A stretch of DNA of 48,708 nucleotides from a virus (Duplodnaviria; Caudoviricetes), in the IMG/VR virus record IMGVR_UViG_3300011437_000005, positions 1-48,708 of that record; one strand, written 5' to 3'. The notes beneath the pieces are model-generated. The model worked only from the letters and a program-made list of their open reading frames with translations, did no database searches and had not been told where the DNA came from. Below are positions 7,825-16,050 of this stretch, piece by piece. Position 1 is the stretch's first letter, and each line of letters opens with the position of its first letter. Made by a program: the position numbers and the translations under genes.

Positions 7825-8222
7825 CGCTGGCCGGGCTTCGTGTCCCGCTTGCTGGGGTTGTTGGGCCGCTGCGTCGGCTCGGGGCTCGTGGGAGCTCCCG
7901 GGCCGCGGGGGATGGTTCCGGTCGCGCCCGTGTGCGGGTTGCGCGTGGCCGTTCCTGGCTGGCCCACGGTGCCGGGCTGCGCGACGCGGCCACCTTGCGG
8001 CGCCGGCGCGTTGACTCCCGGTGGGGTCTTCATGGTGTTCTCGAAGTCCTTGATCTGCTGCTCGACCTGCTCGGGCGTGGCGCCGGTGGCCTGGAGCTTC
8101 TGCGCGAGCTTCTCGCGGTTGCCGGCGACCTCGTCGATCTCGGCATCGGTCAGGGTCGGCCAGCGGAGCCGGACCTGCGCCCGGTAGTGCTGCCAGTTGC
8201 TCTGCGTCTCGTTGAACTTCAT
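7821..8222 (-). CDS. csbD: CsbD/YjbJ (UPF0337)-like stress protein with Pro/Gly/Thr-rich tail
   Basis: NWQHYRAQVRLRWPTLTDAEIDEVAGNREKLAQKLQ...EQVEQQIKDF matches the CsbD pattern NW-x-Q...W-x-x-LTDD-x-x-x-x-x-G-x-R-x-x-L-x-x-K-x-Q. Confidence 0.8.
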   Translation of the reverse strand: MKFNETQSNWQHYRAQVRLRWPTLTDAEIDEVAGNREKLAQKLQATGATPEQVEQQIKDFENTMKTPPGVNAPAPQGGRVAQPGTVGQPGTATRNPHTGATGTIPRGPGAPTSPEPTQRPNNPSKRDTKPGQR

Positions 8223-8295
8223 CGGTTCGGGTCCTTCGTATGGTTCAGGGTTTGCCGTCGGAACACGCTACGCGGCCGCGGCCGCGCGCGGGTTG

Positions 8296-8670
8296 CTACG
8301 GGTTCTGCTCTTCGGGCTCTCCCTGCTCGATCACCATGGTCGATGCTTCCTCGCGCCGGATCTCGAGGGCGAACAGCTCTTCGACGTAGCGCACGTCGGC
8401 ACCCGGGCGCCCGTCACGGCGGAGCGTGCCGGTCACCATCCACGGTCCGGTCTCGGGATTGCTCTCCTGTACCTTCGACTTGAGCAGCAGCGTGCTCTGC
8501 GTCGGATCGGCCGGGTCGAGCTCGAACGAGGCGAGCTCTTCGCCGCCCGGATCGATCTCGTACAGCGCCGGCCCTTCGAGGGGCACTTCGCGCTGTCGCT
8601 TGCTGAGCCCCTTCATGGGGAGCTTGATGCGGACCTGCTGCGTGACGGTTTCGAAGTTGATCGTGATCAC
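8296..8670 (-). CDS. Acidic beta-rich hypothetical protein
   Basis: 124 aa; GTGA-coupled; AGGAG upstream. Confidence 0.75.
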   Translation of the reverse strand: MITINFETVTQQVRIKLPMKGLSKRQREVPLEGPALYEIDPGGEELASFELDPADPTQSTLLLKSKVQESNPETGPWMVTGTLRRDGRPGADVRYVEELFALEIRREEASTMVIEQGEPEEQNP

Positions 8671-8927
8671 CTTGGGTTCTCCTGCTCGGTCGGGGTTTCG
8701 ACGGTGACGTCCATCGTCACCGCGTCGTCGTCGGGATCGGGCTCGGTCATCGCCGCGAGCAGCTCGGTGACACGCGCGCGCGTGTTGAACACGCGACCGT
8801 CGCCGTAGCTCACCGTGGTTTTGTGCCCGTGGCGATCGCGACGAAGCGGCACGAGCGCCATGTCGTCGGTGATCGGGAGCACCATGTCACCGCAGAGAAT
8901 CCAGGGACCGATCCTTCGGAGCTTCAC
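8667..8927 (-). CDS. Hypothetical protein, probably leaderless
   Basis: GTG 8927 (MKLRRIGPWILCGD...) lies 8 nt downstream of TAGACT. Confidence 0.65.
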   Translation of the reverse strand: MKLRRIGPWILCGDMVLPITDDMALVPLRRDRHGHKTTVSYGDGRVFNTRARVTELLAAMTEPDPDDDAVTMDVTVETPTEQENPR

Positions 8928-8945
8928 GGCGAGGGAGTCTATCCG
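8928..8945 (-). promoter_or_regulatory. Putative leaderless -10 promoter (CGGA-TAGACT-CCCTC)
   Basis: 14/15 identical to the element at 34454-34468; no SD before the start codon. Confidence 0.5.
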
Positions 8946-8959
8946 CTCGTCCCCGGGCG

Positions 8960-9319
8960 TCAGTTTTTCTTGGTCGCCGGCCGCGCGTCGACCACCGCTT
9001 GCTTCTTCTGGTGATCCGCGAACGCCGCCCGCGCGACCTCGGCTCGATGCTTGTTCTCGGGTGTCGGGACGGCCGCGGCGAGCGTCTCCAGCGCGACCGC
9101 CTTGCCATCCAGAAGCTCGAGGTTCGCACTGTTGACCAGGGTGTGGATCGCCTCGCCCTGCTTCACGTTCTCCTCGGCCTTGGCGTCGACCGCCGCGACC
9201 TTGGTTGCCACGTCGGCGACCTTCGCGCGGGTCTTCCGCGACTCCATCACGGCAACCACGCCGGTGAACACGACCCCGATCAGAACCCCCCACTCCGTGA
9301 TAGCGCTGGCGAGCATCAT
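8960..9319 (-). CDS. Membrane protein with N-terminal TM helix and coiled coil (holin-like candidate)
   Basis: WGVLIGVVFTGVVAVM transmembrane segment; IHTLVNS motif recalled from small phage membrane proteins; TAGCAT 9 nt upstream. Confidence 0.7.
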   Translation of the reverse strand: MMLASAITEWGVLIGVVFTGVVAVMESRKTRAKVADVATKVAAVDAKAEENVKQGEAIHTLVNSANLELLDGKAVALETLAAAVPTPENKHRAEVARAAFADHQKKQAVVDARPATKKN

Positions 9320-9343
9320 GGTGTGACGATGCTATCTGCGGGT

Positions 9344-9420
9344 TGGTTCCGGGGGGAGGAATCGAACCTGCCGACCTCCGCCATATCAGAGCGGCGCTCT
9401 GCCAGCTGAGCTACCCCGGA
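9344..9420 (-). tRNA. tRNA-Ile(GAT), atypical, with encoded CCA
   Basis: TCCGGGG/CCCCGGA acceptor stem, GCTC/GAGC D stem, CCGCT-CTGATAT-GGCGG anticodon arm, GGTTCGATTCC T arm, A73 followed by CCA. Confidence 0.9.
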
Positions 9421-9454
9421 AAGGGGCGCGCGCCGCGGTTGGCGCGCGCCGGGC

Positions 9455-9860
9455 TCAACCGCCGCCGGGCGGAGCGGGAGCCGGTTGGAACACGCGCTGC
9501 ATCGCCTTCACGCGCTTCGCGTGCCGCGCAGCGTTCGCGTCCTCGCCTTCGTTCACTCGGTACTCGGTGCGCACCGTGTGCGTCGAACCGCTCGCGTCCT
9601 TCCACGTGGTGACGCTTTCGTCGCCGGCGGGCGCGATCGCGATTGCGAAGCGGTTGTCGTCGAAGACGCGCGGCACCAGGTCGCACCGGGCACGCGCGAG
9701 CAGCGTCGTGTTACCGGTGCGCTCGGTCAGCAGCACGTCCTCGCCGAGGACCTGCGCGGCCGAGATGGCCAAGACCTCCTGGGGCGCGCGCCTCCCAAGG
9801 GTTCGGCATCGCCATGAACACGCTCACGAGCAAGAGCAAGAGAGACTGCAAACTCGTCAC
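9455..9860 (-). pseudogene. Frameshifted secreted protein (signal-peptide ORF from GTG 9860 out of frame with 105-aa body 9455-9772)
   Basis: Strong RBS AAGGAGGAA then MTSLQSLLLLLVSVFMAMPNPWEARA; the protein-like continuation QEVLAISAAQVLGEDV... is in the +1 frame from about 9782. Confidence 0.55.
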
Positions 9861-9906
9861 GGTCGTTCCTCCTTTGGGAACGGGTTCGGAAACGGACCCG
9901 CGCAAG

Positions 9907-11232
9907 TTAGCTCGCGGCGGCCGCGGGCGCGAGGCTATCCACCGTTCCGAGCAGCTCGGCCTTCTGGCCGGCCTCCTGCTCCCACCTGGCGACGACGACG
10001 TCGGCCCACTTGGGCTCGATCTCGCAGGTCCTGCAGACGCGCTCGATCTTCTCGCACGTGACCAGGGTCGAGCCGCTGCCGGCGAAGAGATCCACCACGA
10101 CCTCGCCCTTCGTGGTCGAGACGTCGAGGATCCGGGTGAGCAGCGCGATCGGCTTCTCCGCGTTGTGATGCTTGTCCGCGGAGCGCGAGCGCGCGACGTC
10201 GAGCACGTTCGAATGGAAGGCCTGGCGCGTCCCCTTCGAGCCACGGTCCCGGAAGATCCGTTCGCGCTTGGGCTCCGCACTCATCACCGCGATCAGCTCG
10301 TGCGAGTTCTGCCAGCAGTAGCCGAGGCCGCCGCCCTTGTTCCACACCAGCAGGTTCTTTGGCGTGAGCGTGACGCGCAGCTGGTCGTAGAGCGCGGGGT
10401 AGCTGCGCCAGTCGCAGCAGACGTAGACCAGCGCCGACTTGCCGGCCACGTGCGCGCACGCGTTCCCCACGGACGCGAAGAACGGCCGCACCATCTTGTC
10501 GTCGGCCGTGTCGCTGTCGACGCCGGTGCTCGAGCCGTAGATCGCGTACGGCGGGTCGGTCAGGATGCACGCCACCAGCTTCCGCGACAGCGGCGCGATC
10601 CCGTCGCGCATGAGCGCCTGCACGTTCGGGTCGAACGCGTCGCCGACCACGAGCAGGTGCGAGCCGAGCCGCCACACTTGCCCGCGCTCGCTGGTCGCCC
10701 GCTTCGGTGGCTTCCAGGTCGGGCCCTCGCCGTCGTCCTTCTCGTCGCCGGCGCCGGCGTCCTTCAGCATCTTGTCGAGCTCGCGATCGGTGAAGCCGAG
10801 ATCGGCGACCTCGAGCGCGCCGCCGCGCGTCACTTCCTCGACCAGGGCCGCGAGCTTCGCGTCGTCCCACTCGGCGAGCTCGGCCGAACGGTTGTCGACG
10901 ACGCCGAACGCCGAGGCCTGGCGATCGTCGAGGTCGAGCACGAGCGCCGCGACGGTCGGCCAACCGAGCTCGCGCATGACGATCACGCGCGCGTTGCCGG
11001 CGACCACGCGCATCTTCGAGCGCTGCACGATGACGGGCTGCACCTGGCCGAACCGCTCGAGGCTCGAGCGGATCAGAGCCAGGTTCCGCGCGCCGTGCGT
11101 GCGCGCGTTCTTCTTGTCGAGCTTCAGGGTCCCGATCGGTACGGCGAGCGGCTTCAGCTTCTCGGCGATGCGTGCCGCCTTCGGCCCGTCTCCCTTTTGA
11201 CCAGCTCCGGTCTTCTTCGGAGCCTTGGCCAC
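9907..11232 (-). CDS. ParB/Srx N-terminal domain fused to beta-class N6-adenine/N4-cytosine DNA methyltransferase
   Basis: KNARTH...FGQVQPVIV...VVAGNARV...DNRSAELAEWD; TDPPY; HNAEKP; DLFAGSGST. Confidence 0.93.
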   Translation of the reverse strand: MAKAPKKTGAGQKGDGPKAARIAEKLKPLAVPIGTLKLDKKNARTHGARNLALIRSSLERFGQVQPVIVQRSKMRVVAGNARVIVMRELGWPTVAALVLDLDDRQASAFGVVDNRSAELAEWDDAKLAALVEEVTRGGALEVADLGFTDRELDKMLKDAGAGDEKDDGEGPTWKPPKRATSERGQVWRLGSHLLVVGDAFDPNVQALMRDGIAPLSRKLVACILTDPPYAIYGSSTGVDSDTADDKMVRPFFASVGNACAHVAGKSALVYVCCDWRSYPALYDQLRVTLTPKNLLVWNKGGGLGYCWQNSHELIAVMSAEPKRERIFRDRGSKGTRQAFHSNVLDVARSRSADKHHNAEKPIALLTRILDVSTTKGEVVVDLFAGSGSTLVTCEKIERVCRTCEIEPKWADVVVARWEQEAGQKAELLGTVDSLAPAAAAS

Positions 11233-11553
11233 TCAGATCACGCAGGAGCAGTCGGGGTAGCCAGGGGGCGGACTCCGGCGGATAGTCGAGTCTTCCGGCA
11301 CCGGGATCCGAGCCGGGAGAGGTTCGATCGCGCTTTGGTCGACCATGAGCCGCAGACCGATCACCACGAGGGCGTGGGTGTCATCGAGCGTGCGCTGCAC
11401 TGCCCGGGCCGTTCGCGCGAGGTCGCCGGAGTACTCGCGAAACAGCTTCGCCGCCTCGATGGCGTCGCCAACGGTCTTCTTCGCCGTTGGCGTCGATTGA
11501 CCGCGCAGGACCTCCTCCAGCTTCTTCAGTTGCTCGAGCACGGCGGAACTCAC
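11233..11553 (-). CDS. Hypothetical helical protein
   Basis: GTGA-coupled start 11553 (MSSAVLEQLKKLEE...). Confidence 0.7.
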   Translation of the reverse strand: MSSAVLEQLKKLEEVLRGQSTPTAKKTVGDAIEAAKLFREYSGDLARTARAVQRTLDDTHALVVIGLRLMVDQSAIEPLPARIPVPEDSTIRRSPPPGYPDCSCVI

Positions 11554-12605
11554 GCCGGGGAGCGTAGCGCGGCTCGGCGGTAGAGGCATGCCGCAAGCGG
11601 TTGCCATCCGGGGCAGCGACGGTGGACCAGGTCCTGCAGGATGGCCTGGCCGGCCGCGGTGCCGAGGAGGGAACGCTCGACCAGCCAGCGCGCGAGCAGG
11701 GCGCCAGGCCGGCGGACCGAGCGGTCCGCGAGGATCCGCCGGGCGTGGCGCCGGAACGTCGCGAACGCGGAGCCGGTGCGCGCCAGGGCGACGGCGAGCG
11801 CCCAGCGCGTGTGCTCCCAGCGCGGGCCGGCGTGAACGTCAGCCCGGTCGAGCTCGTCGAACCACGCGAGGGCTCGAGCTCGGCCGGCGAGCGCGGCCGG
11901 TGGCTCGGCGCCGGCGAGCGCGGCCAGGACCTGGGCCGGGCTCGCCGGCGGGGCGTAGGGCGGCCGGGCGTGCGCCACGAGCAGGTCGACCAGGACCTGC
12001 ACGTCGTGGGCCCTCCGAGCATCTCCGGCTTCTTCGGAGAGCTCCTGTACTTCATGCACGTGTCCGTTCTTGGCCGCGAACGGATGCAAGTCGAGGCGCC
12101 GGAGCGCGCCGGCCGTCCCCCTGGCGACGCGCGCCAAGCGGGCCGCGCTCGCGGTGGACAACGTGTGGAACTCTCTGCACACCGCCTCGAGCGCGCGCTG
12201 CGCCGAGGTCTTGCCGGCGCCGCCCGCCAGCTGCGCCAGGCCGAAGCGGATCGACCCCATGGCGTTCGCGCGCCGGGCGAGCACGACGGCGTCGGAGAGC
12301 AGCAGGGAGGGATACCCGCGCGCGCCGCCGCGCTCGCGCGTCACCTGGCGCCGGGCGACCAGGTCCTGCAGCGCGCGGCGCACGGTGCGCAGGGACCGCC
12401 CCAGCGCCTGCGCCATCGACGCGGTCGACTCGGGTGGCAGCAACGTGGCCCCGCCGGCGCGGCGGCCCAGGCGTGCGCGGTACTCGAGCAGGGCGAAGAG
12501 CTGGGCACTCACGCGGACCTCACCGGGCAGGGTGCGTTCGATCAGGAAGCCGGGGGTGGCCAGCTTGCGCTCGCTGCGGACCGGAGCTACGGTCGCCCGG
12601 GTCAC
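11550..12605 (-). CDS. HTH-containing putative replication initiator
   Basis: GTG 12605 after GAGGA; winged-HTH STASMAQALGRSLRTVRRALQDLVARRQV; second HTH-like segment; position typical of phage replisome organisers. Confidence 0.6.
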   Translation of the reverse strand: MTRATVAPVRSERKLATPGFLIERTLPGEVRVSAQLFALLEYRARLGRRAGGATLLPPESTASMAQALGRSLRTVRRALQDLVARRQVTRERGGARGYPSLLLSDAVVLARRANAMGSIRFGLAQLAGGAGKTSAQRALEAVCREFHTLSTASAARLARVARGTAGALRRLDLHPFAAKNGHVHEVQELSEEAGDARRAHDVQVLVDLLVAHARPPYAPPASPAQVLAALAGAEPPAALAGRARALAWFDELDRADVHAGPRWEHTRWALAVALARTGSAFATFRRHARRILADRSVRRPGALLARWLVERSLLGTAAGQAILQDLVHRRCPGWQPLAACLYRRAALRSPA

Positions 12606-12720
12606 GGCGACAGTCCTCGTACGAGAGGGATGGCGCAGGGACGAGACGAGAAGACAGGGCTCGCACCGAGCCTCCTGAAGTGTGCAACCGCCCGGCCGGC
12701 GCGCCAACGCCGGCCGGGTT
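12606..12720 (-). promoter_or_regulatory. Structured 5' leader of putative replication gene
   Basis: 11-bp perfect stem 12691-12718; GGCTCG/CGAGCC hairpin near 12658-12672; palindrome CTCGTACGAG 12616-12625 overlapping the RBS. Confidence 0.45.
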
Positions 12721-12751
12721 CCTGTACTGGCACCCGCACCGGCCGCGGAAC

Positions 12752-13105
12752 CTACCGACGGCGCCGGGCCCTAGCTAGCTTCCGTTCCGCCTCGAGCATC
12801 GGCAGCAGCTCGTCGCAGATCGCGCGCCACTTTCCACGCCCGCAATGGCAAGGGGCGCCCTTCTCGGTGCCGCACAGCCCGTCGTGGCCGGTCACGTAGA
12901 AGCGACCCTTACCGAAGACGAACTCGAGCCGCAGCATCACGCGCAGGAATCTCGAGCACGCGCGGCGCAGCTGGGGCGCGAGCTGCTCGATGGTCTCGCC
13001 GGCGCCGTTGATCCCGCCGCCCTGCTCGGCGCAGTAGGCGTTCACCAGGAGCTGCTCGACCTCGCGCAGGCGCAGCCGGCCCACTCGCGGGGGCGAACTC
13101 CTCAC
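12752..13105 (-). CDS. Cys/His-rich hypothetical protein
   Basis: GTGA-coupled start; HDGLC...CHCG motif. Confidence 0.7.
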   Translation of the reverse strand: MRSSPPRVGRLRLREVEQLLVNAYCAEQGGGINGAGETIEQLAPQLRRACSRFLRVMLRLEFVFGKGRFYVTGHDGLCGTEKGAPCHCGRGKWRAICDELLPMLEAERKLARARRRR

Positions 13106-13404
13106 GGCACGAGCCCGCTCAGCTGCTCGAGCGCGAGCGCGAGGTTGATCGTGGTGACGTCGAGGCCGGCGCGCTGGAATCCCATCGCTTCGCGCGTGGC
13201 CTCGAAGTGGAGCGCGATGCACGCCGATGGATCGTCCTTCCGCGCGCGCAGGTGGATCGTGATCTGCACGCGCGGTCCGCAGCCAGGGGCATTACCGGGC
13301 ACGCGATCGAACCGCACGTCGTAGCGGTCGAGCAGCTGGCCGAGCCGGCGCAGCGCCTGCAGGCGCAGGTCCTCGGGTTGCTCGGGTCCGTGGGCGAGGG
13401 GCAC
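13102..13404 (-). CDS. Hypothetical protein
   Basis: 100 aa, tightly packed between neighbours. Confidence 0.7.
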   Translation of the reverse strand: MPLAHGPEQPEDLRLQALRRLGQLLDRYDVRFDRVPGNAPGCGPRVQITIHLRARKDDPSACIALHFEATREAMGFQRAGLDVTTINLALALEQLSGLVP

Positions 13405-13405
13405 G

Positions 13406-13873
13406 TCAGATGCTCGGCTCGGCGCGGGCCCACCGCTCGAGCATCTCGCCCAGGGCCTTCGCCATGTCCTCGCGCGCCGCGTTGCTGATCCAGCTGAGGA
13501 ACTCGGCCTTCTCGGTGAAGTAGATCATGCCGAAGCGCCAGCCCTTCGGCGCCGACTTGTCGAGGAGGCGCGCGATCCGCCGGGCGTGTCCCTCGGCGAC
13601 CTCGAGCGGCACGCGCGGGCCGTCGCAGGTCGGCGTCGGGATCTGCTTCGCCTCAATCGCGACGTCGTAGAGCTGCTCGAGCCGGGTGTACGCGTCGCTC
13701 AGCTGGTGGTACTGGCGCTGCGCGCGCTCCAGCATCTGCTCGAGCAGCTCGACGCCATCGCAGAGCGTGACGCCGACGCTCGCGATCGCCACCGGGCTGT
13801 GCGACCTGGTGCCGGCGACCACTTCCTGCAGGAGAGAGCGGGCGACCTTCAGCTCGTCGGTGGGGATGGGCAT
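13406..13873 (-). CDS. Conserved phage hypothetical protein
   Basis: C-terminal FGMIYF...WISNAAREDMAKALGEMLERW resembles a common phage family. Confidence 0.8.
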   Translation of the reverse strand: MPIPTDELKVARSLLQEVVAGTRSHSPVAIASVGVTLCDGVELLEQMLERAQRQYHQLSDAYTRLEQLYDVAIEAKQIPTPTCDGPRVPLEVAEGHARRIARLLDKSAPKGWRFGMIYFTEKAEFLSWISNAAREDMAKALGEMLERWARAEPSI

Positions 13874-14244
13874 TTCGGCATCTGCTCCTTCAGTTTGAGA
13901 ATCGCGTGGGCGAACCGGTGAAGTTCAACATCGACCCCCGCGTGTCTTTTCTTGTCGGTCAGGTCCACGGTGAAGGCCCATGAGACAACCGGGCGCGCGG
14001 CGTGTTGGACCTTCGGACCAAGCGCGCGGATCGTGGTGTGCATCTCCGGGGTGGAGTCCTCGAGCTGGCGCGTGATCTCGACGTCGCGCCAGGTCGCAAG
14101 GTCGAGCAGCGCGCGCAGGGCCACGATGCTCGTGTGGGCCCGGGCGACGTAGAGCTCGCTGCGGAGCTCCTTGATCGTCACCGCGTCGAGGGCGATGCGC
14201 TGCCGGAGCCGGTTGTTCTCGTCGACCAGGTCCTGCCCGCTCAC
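13849..14244 (-). CDS. Hypothetical protein
   Basis: GTGA-coupled start 14244 with AGGAGG upstream. Confidence 0.7.
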   Translation of the reverse strand: MSGQDLVDENNRLRQRIALDAVTIKELRSELYVARAHTSIVALRALLDLATWRDVEITRQLEDSTPEMHTTIRALGPKVQHAARPVVSWAFTVDLTDKKRHAGVDVELHRFAHAILKLKEQMPKCPSPPTS

Positions 14245-14510
14245 GCGCCCCTCCTTGCCGCCGGCAGCGACGTGTGCCACGCGAGCAGCTGCTCCGTGAG
14301 GTCCGCGACCTTCGGTCGTTCGCCGGCGTCCTCCGGCCAGAGCTTCACCAGTGCCTGCGCGATCGCGCGCGAGGTGGCGTAGGGCTGGCGCGACCAGCGC
14401 CGCGACGCGAAGTCGTAGAGGGTCGAGCGAGCGAAGCCGGTCGACTCGCTCACCGCCGCCACGCCGCCGCGCGCGCGGCGCAGCGCCTCGAGGATCGGCC
14501 GGCGCCTCAC
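14241..14510 (-). CDS. Small Cro/XRE-like HTH protein
   Basis: GTGA-coupled start; GGVAAVSESTGFARSTLYDF helix-turn-helix pattern. Confidence 0.65.
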   Translation of the reverse strand: MRRRPILEALRRARGGVAAVSESTGFARSTLYDFASRRWSRQPYATSRAIAQALVKLWPEDAGERPKVADLTEQLLAWHTSLPAARRGA

Positions 14511-15004
14511 TTCGCACCGCCCTTCGAGAACCGCTCGCGATGCGGACACGTCACGAAGTGGGACACGAACGCGTCCCGCGCGCGCGACCAGCGGCCGTCG
14601 CGGAAGCGGTAGACAGGCGCGATCGTGTCGAGCGGCACCGGCTTCCCGTTCTCGCTGCGGCCGAACACGATCGGCCGCGCGCAGCCCTCGCACGGTTGCG
14701 TGCGTAGAGCCGGCCGTTCGTCGCCGACCTGGCGCAGCCGCTCGAGCTCGGCAATCGCGCGGCGTGCACCGCGCATGATGTTGGTCGCGAAGTCGATGCG
14801 AGCAAGCCAGAGCTTCAGCAGGGCGTGGACCCTCGGCCAGTCCCTCACCGGGATCGCGCTGCCGGGTTCGTCCCGCGCGGCGACGATCACGTTCTCGAGG
14901 TCCTGCGTGTCGCGCGAGTTGAACCCTGGCGCGAGCAGCAGGAACGAGTCGAGCTCCTGCTTCAGCTTGCCCAGGCCTTCGGGATGGATGTCGTGCTCAG
15001 CCAC
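14507..15004 (-). CDS. Hypothetical protein with C-terminal phage Zn-finger
   Basis: CEGCARPIVF...GKPVPLD...SHFVTCP. Confidence 0.8.
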   Translation of the reverse strand: MAEHDIHPEGLGKLKQELDSFLLLAPGFNSRDTQDLENVIVAARDEPGSAIPVRDWPRVHALLKLWLARIDFATNIMRGARRAIAELERLRQVGDERPALRTQPCEGCARPIVFGRSENGKPVPLDTIAPVYRFRDGRWSRARDAFVSHFVTCPHRERFSKGGAK

Positions 15005-15719
15005 GGAGGTTCTCCACCGGCAGCGCGATCGCCTTCGCCCACTCCGCGATCCGCTCCGCGTCGAGGGTGTCGAAGTCCTTGGGAAGCTCCAGCTGGATCC
15101 AGACGCCCGGGCGCAGCTGGTAGCGGAGCAGGTCGAGCCGCGTGGCCACGTCGGGGACGTGCGTCGTGTGCTGCAGCGGATGCTTCAACTCACCATCCTG
15201 GTGCAAAGCCACCCGCGCGTGCAGCGAACGGACCGCCGCGGTGTGTTGCTCGAGCGAGTTGCCAAGCCGCCTGATGATTTCCGTGAGCGGCACGTAGGGT
15301 TCTTCAGCCGGGTCATCGCCGTCGTCGACGTCGCCGTGCTTCAGCTTCTGGATCGCCGCCGTGAAGAGCGCGTCGATGGTCAACCGCTCCGGGTACTCCC
15401 CGGTGCGCTCGAGATGGACCGGCACTCCGAGCAGCTCGCAGACGTTGAACAACGACCGGCGGTAGAGATCGGCCGTCTTCTGCCATGCCGTGATCTCCGG
15501 GTGTGGGTCGTCGTCGCGCACATCGACCTCGGGGTGGGTGGTGAGCTCGCGCAGCTCGAGCAGCTCTTCGAACGCGTCGAGGACGTGGCCGAGCTTCAGA
15601 TCCAGCCGGCCGGCCACCGTCGAGAACGACGCGATGACGGTGCCCGGCTCAGCACTGCGCAGCAGCCTCTTGCGGAAGTCCAGCAGATCGGCGCTGCTCA
15701 GGTAGTTCTTGTTCTTCAT
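14997..15719 (-). CDS. Hypothetical protein
   Basis: ATGA-coupled start 15719 (MKNKNYLSSAD...). Confidence 0.75.
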   Translation of the reverse strand: MKNKNYLSSADLLDFRKRLLRSAEPGTVIASFSTVAGRLDLKLGHVLDAFEELLELRELTTHPEVDVRDDDPHPEITAWQKTADLYRRSLFNVCELLGVPVHLERTGEYPERLTIDALFTAAIQKLKHGDVDDGDDPAEEPYVPLTEIIRRLGNSLEQHTAAVRSLHARVALHQDGELKHPLQHTTHVPDVATRLDLLRYQLRPGVWIQLELPKDFDTLDAERIAEWAKAIALPVENLRG

Positions 15720-15937
15720 GGAAGGTTCTCCCGCTCGCGCGTGACGATGGTCTGCTTCACGAGCTGCAGGCACTCGTCGAAAGTTGGGCGTGATGCCAGC
15801 GCCGCGAGGTGCGCCGGCGGGGGCGAGAACGTGTGGAACAGCCAGGCCGCGACGTCGCGCGGCGTGCAGTCCGGCCAGTCGCGCAGCACAGCGAGCGCGA
15901 TCTTCGAAAGGAGCTTCTCGGTCTCGGGTTTCACCAT
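15716..15937 (-). CDS. Hypothetical protein
   Basis: ATG 15937 after GGAGGAA. Confidence 0.75.
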   Translation of the reverse strand: MVKPETEKLLSKIALAVLRDWPDCTPRDVAAWLFHTFSPPPAHLAALASRPTFDECLQLVKQTIVTRERENLP

Positions 15938-15953
15938 GGGTTCCTCCGTGTTT

Positions 15954-16045
15954 GAGAAAGGGCTCGGCACCGCCCCAGCTGGACGAGGACCGCCCGGCCC
16001 TTTGCCCCCGACGGGATCGCGCGGATGCCGGGGCGTTGCCGAGCC
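15954..16045 (-). promoter_or_regulatory. Long-stem structured intergenic element followed by CTTTCT
   Basis: 16027-16045 pairs with 15961-15979 (19 positions, one mismatch, one G-U) enclosing about 47 nt. Confidence 0.5.
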
Positions 16046-16050
16046 AGGGA

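Noticed and set aside
8955-8975. Possible -1 frameshift at AAG AAA AAC TGA joining 8960-9319 to 8667
   Set aside because: The heptamer G AAA AAC is imperfect, and the downstream gene has its own GTG with a conserved -10 element
9344-9420. tRNA as an attP integration site
   Set aside because: The gene is complete and sits within an operon; no integrase and no duplicated 3' fragment are seen
9907-11232. Restriction-modification or DNA hypermodification system
   Set aside because: Orphan MTase of a common phage ParB-MTase type; no endonuclease or base-modification enzymes recognised nearby
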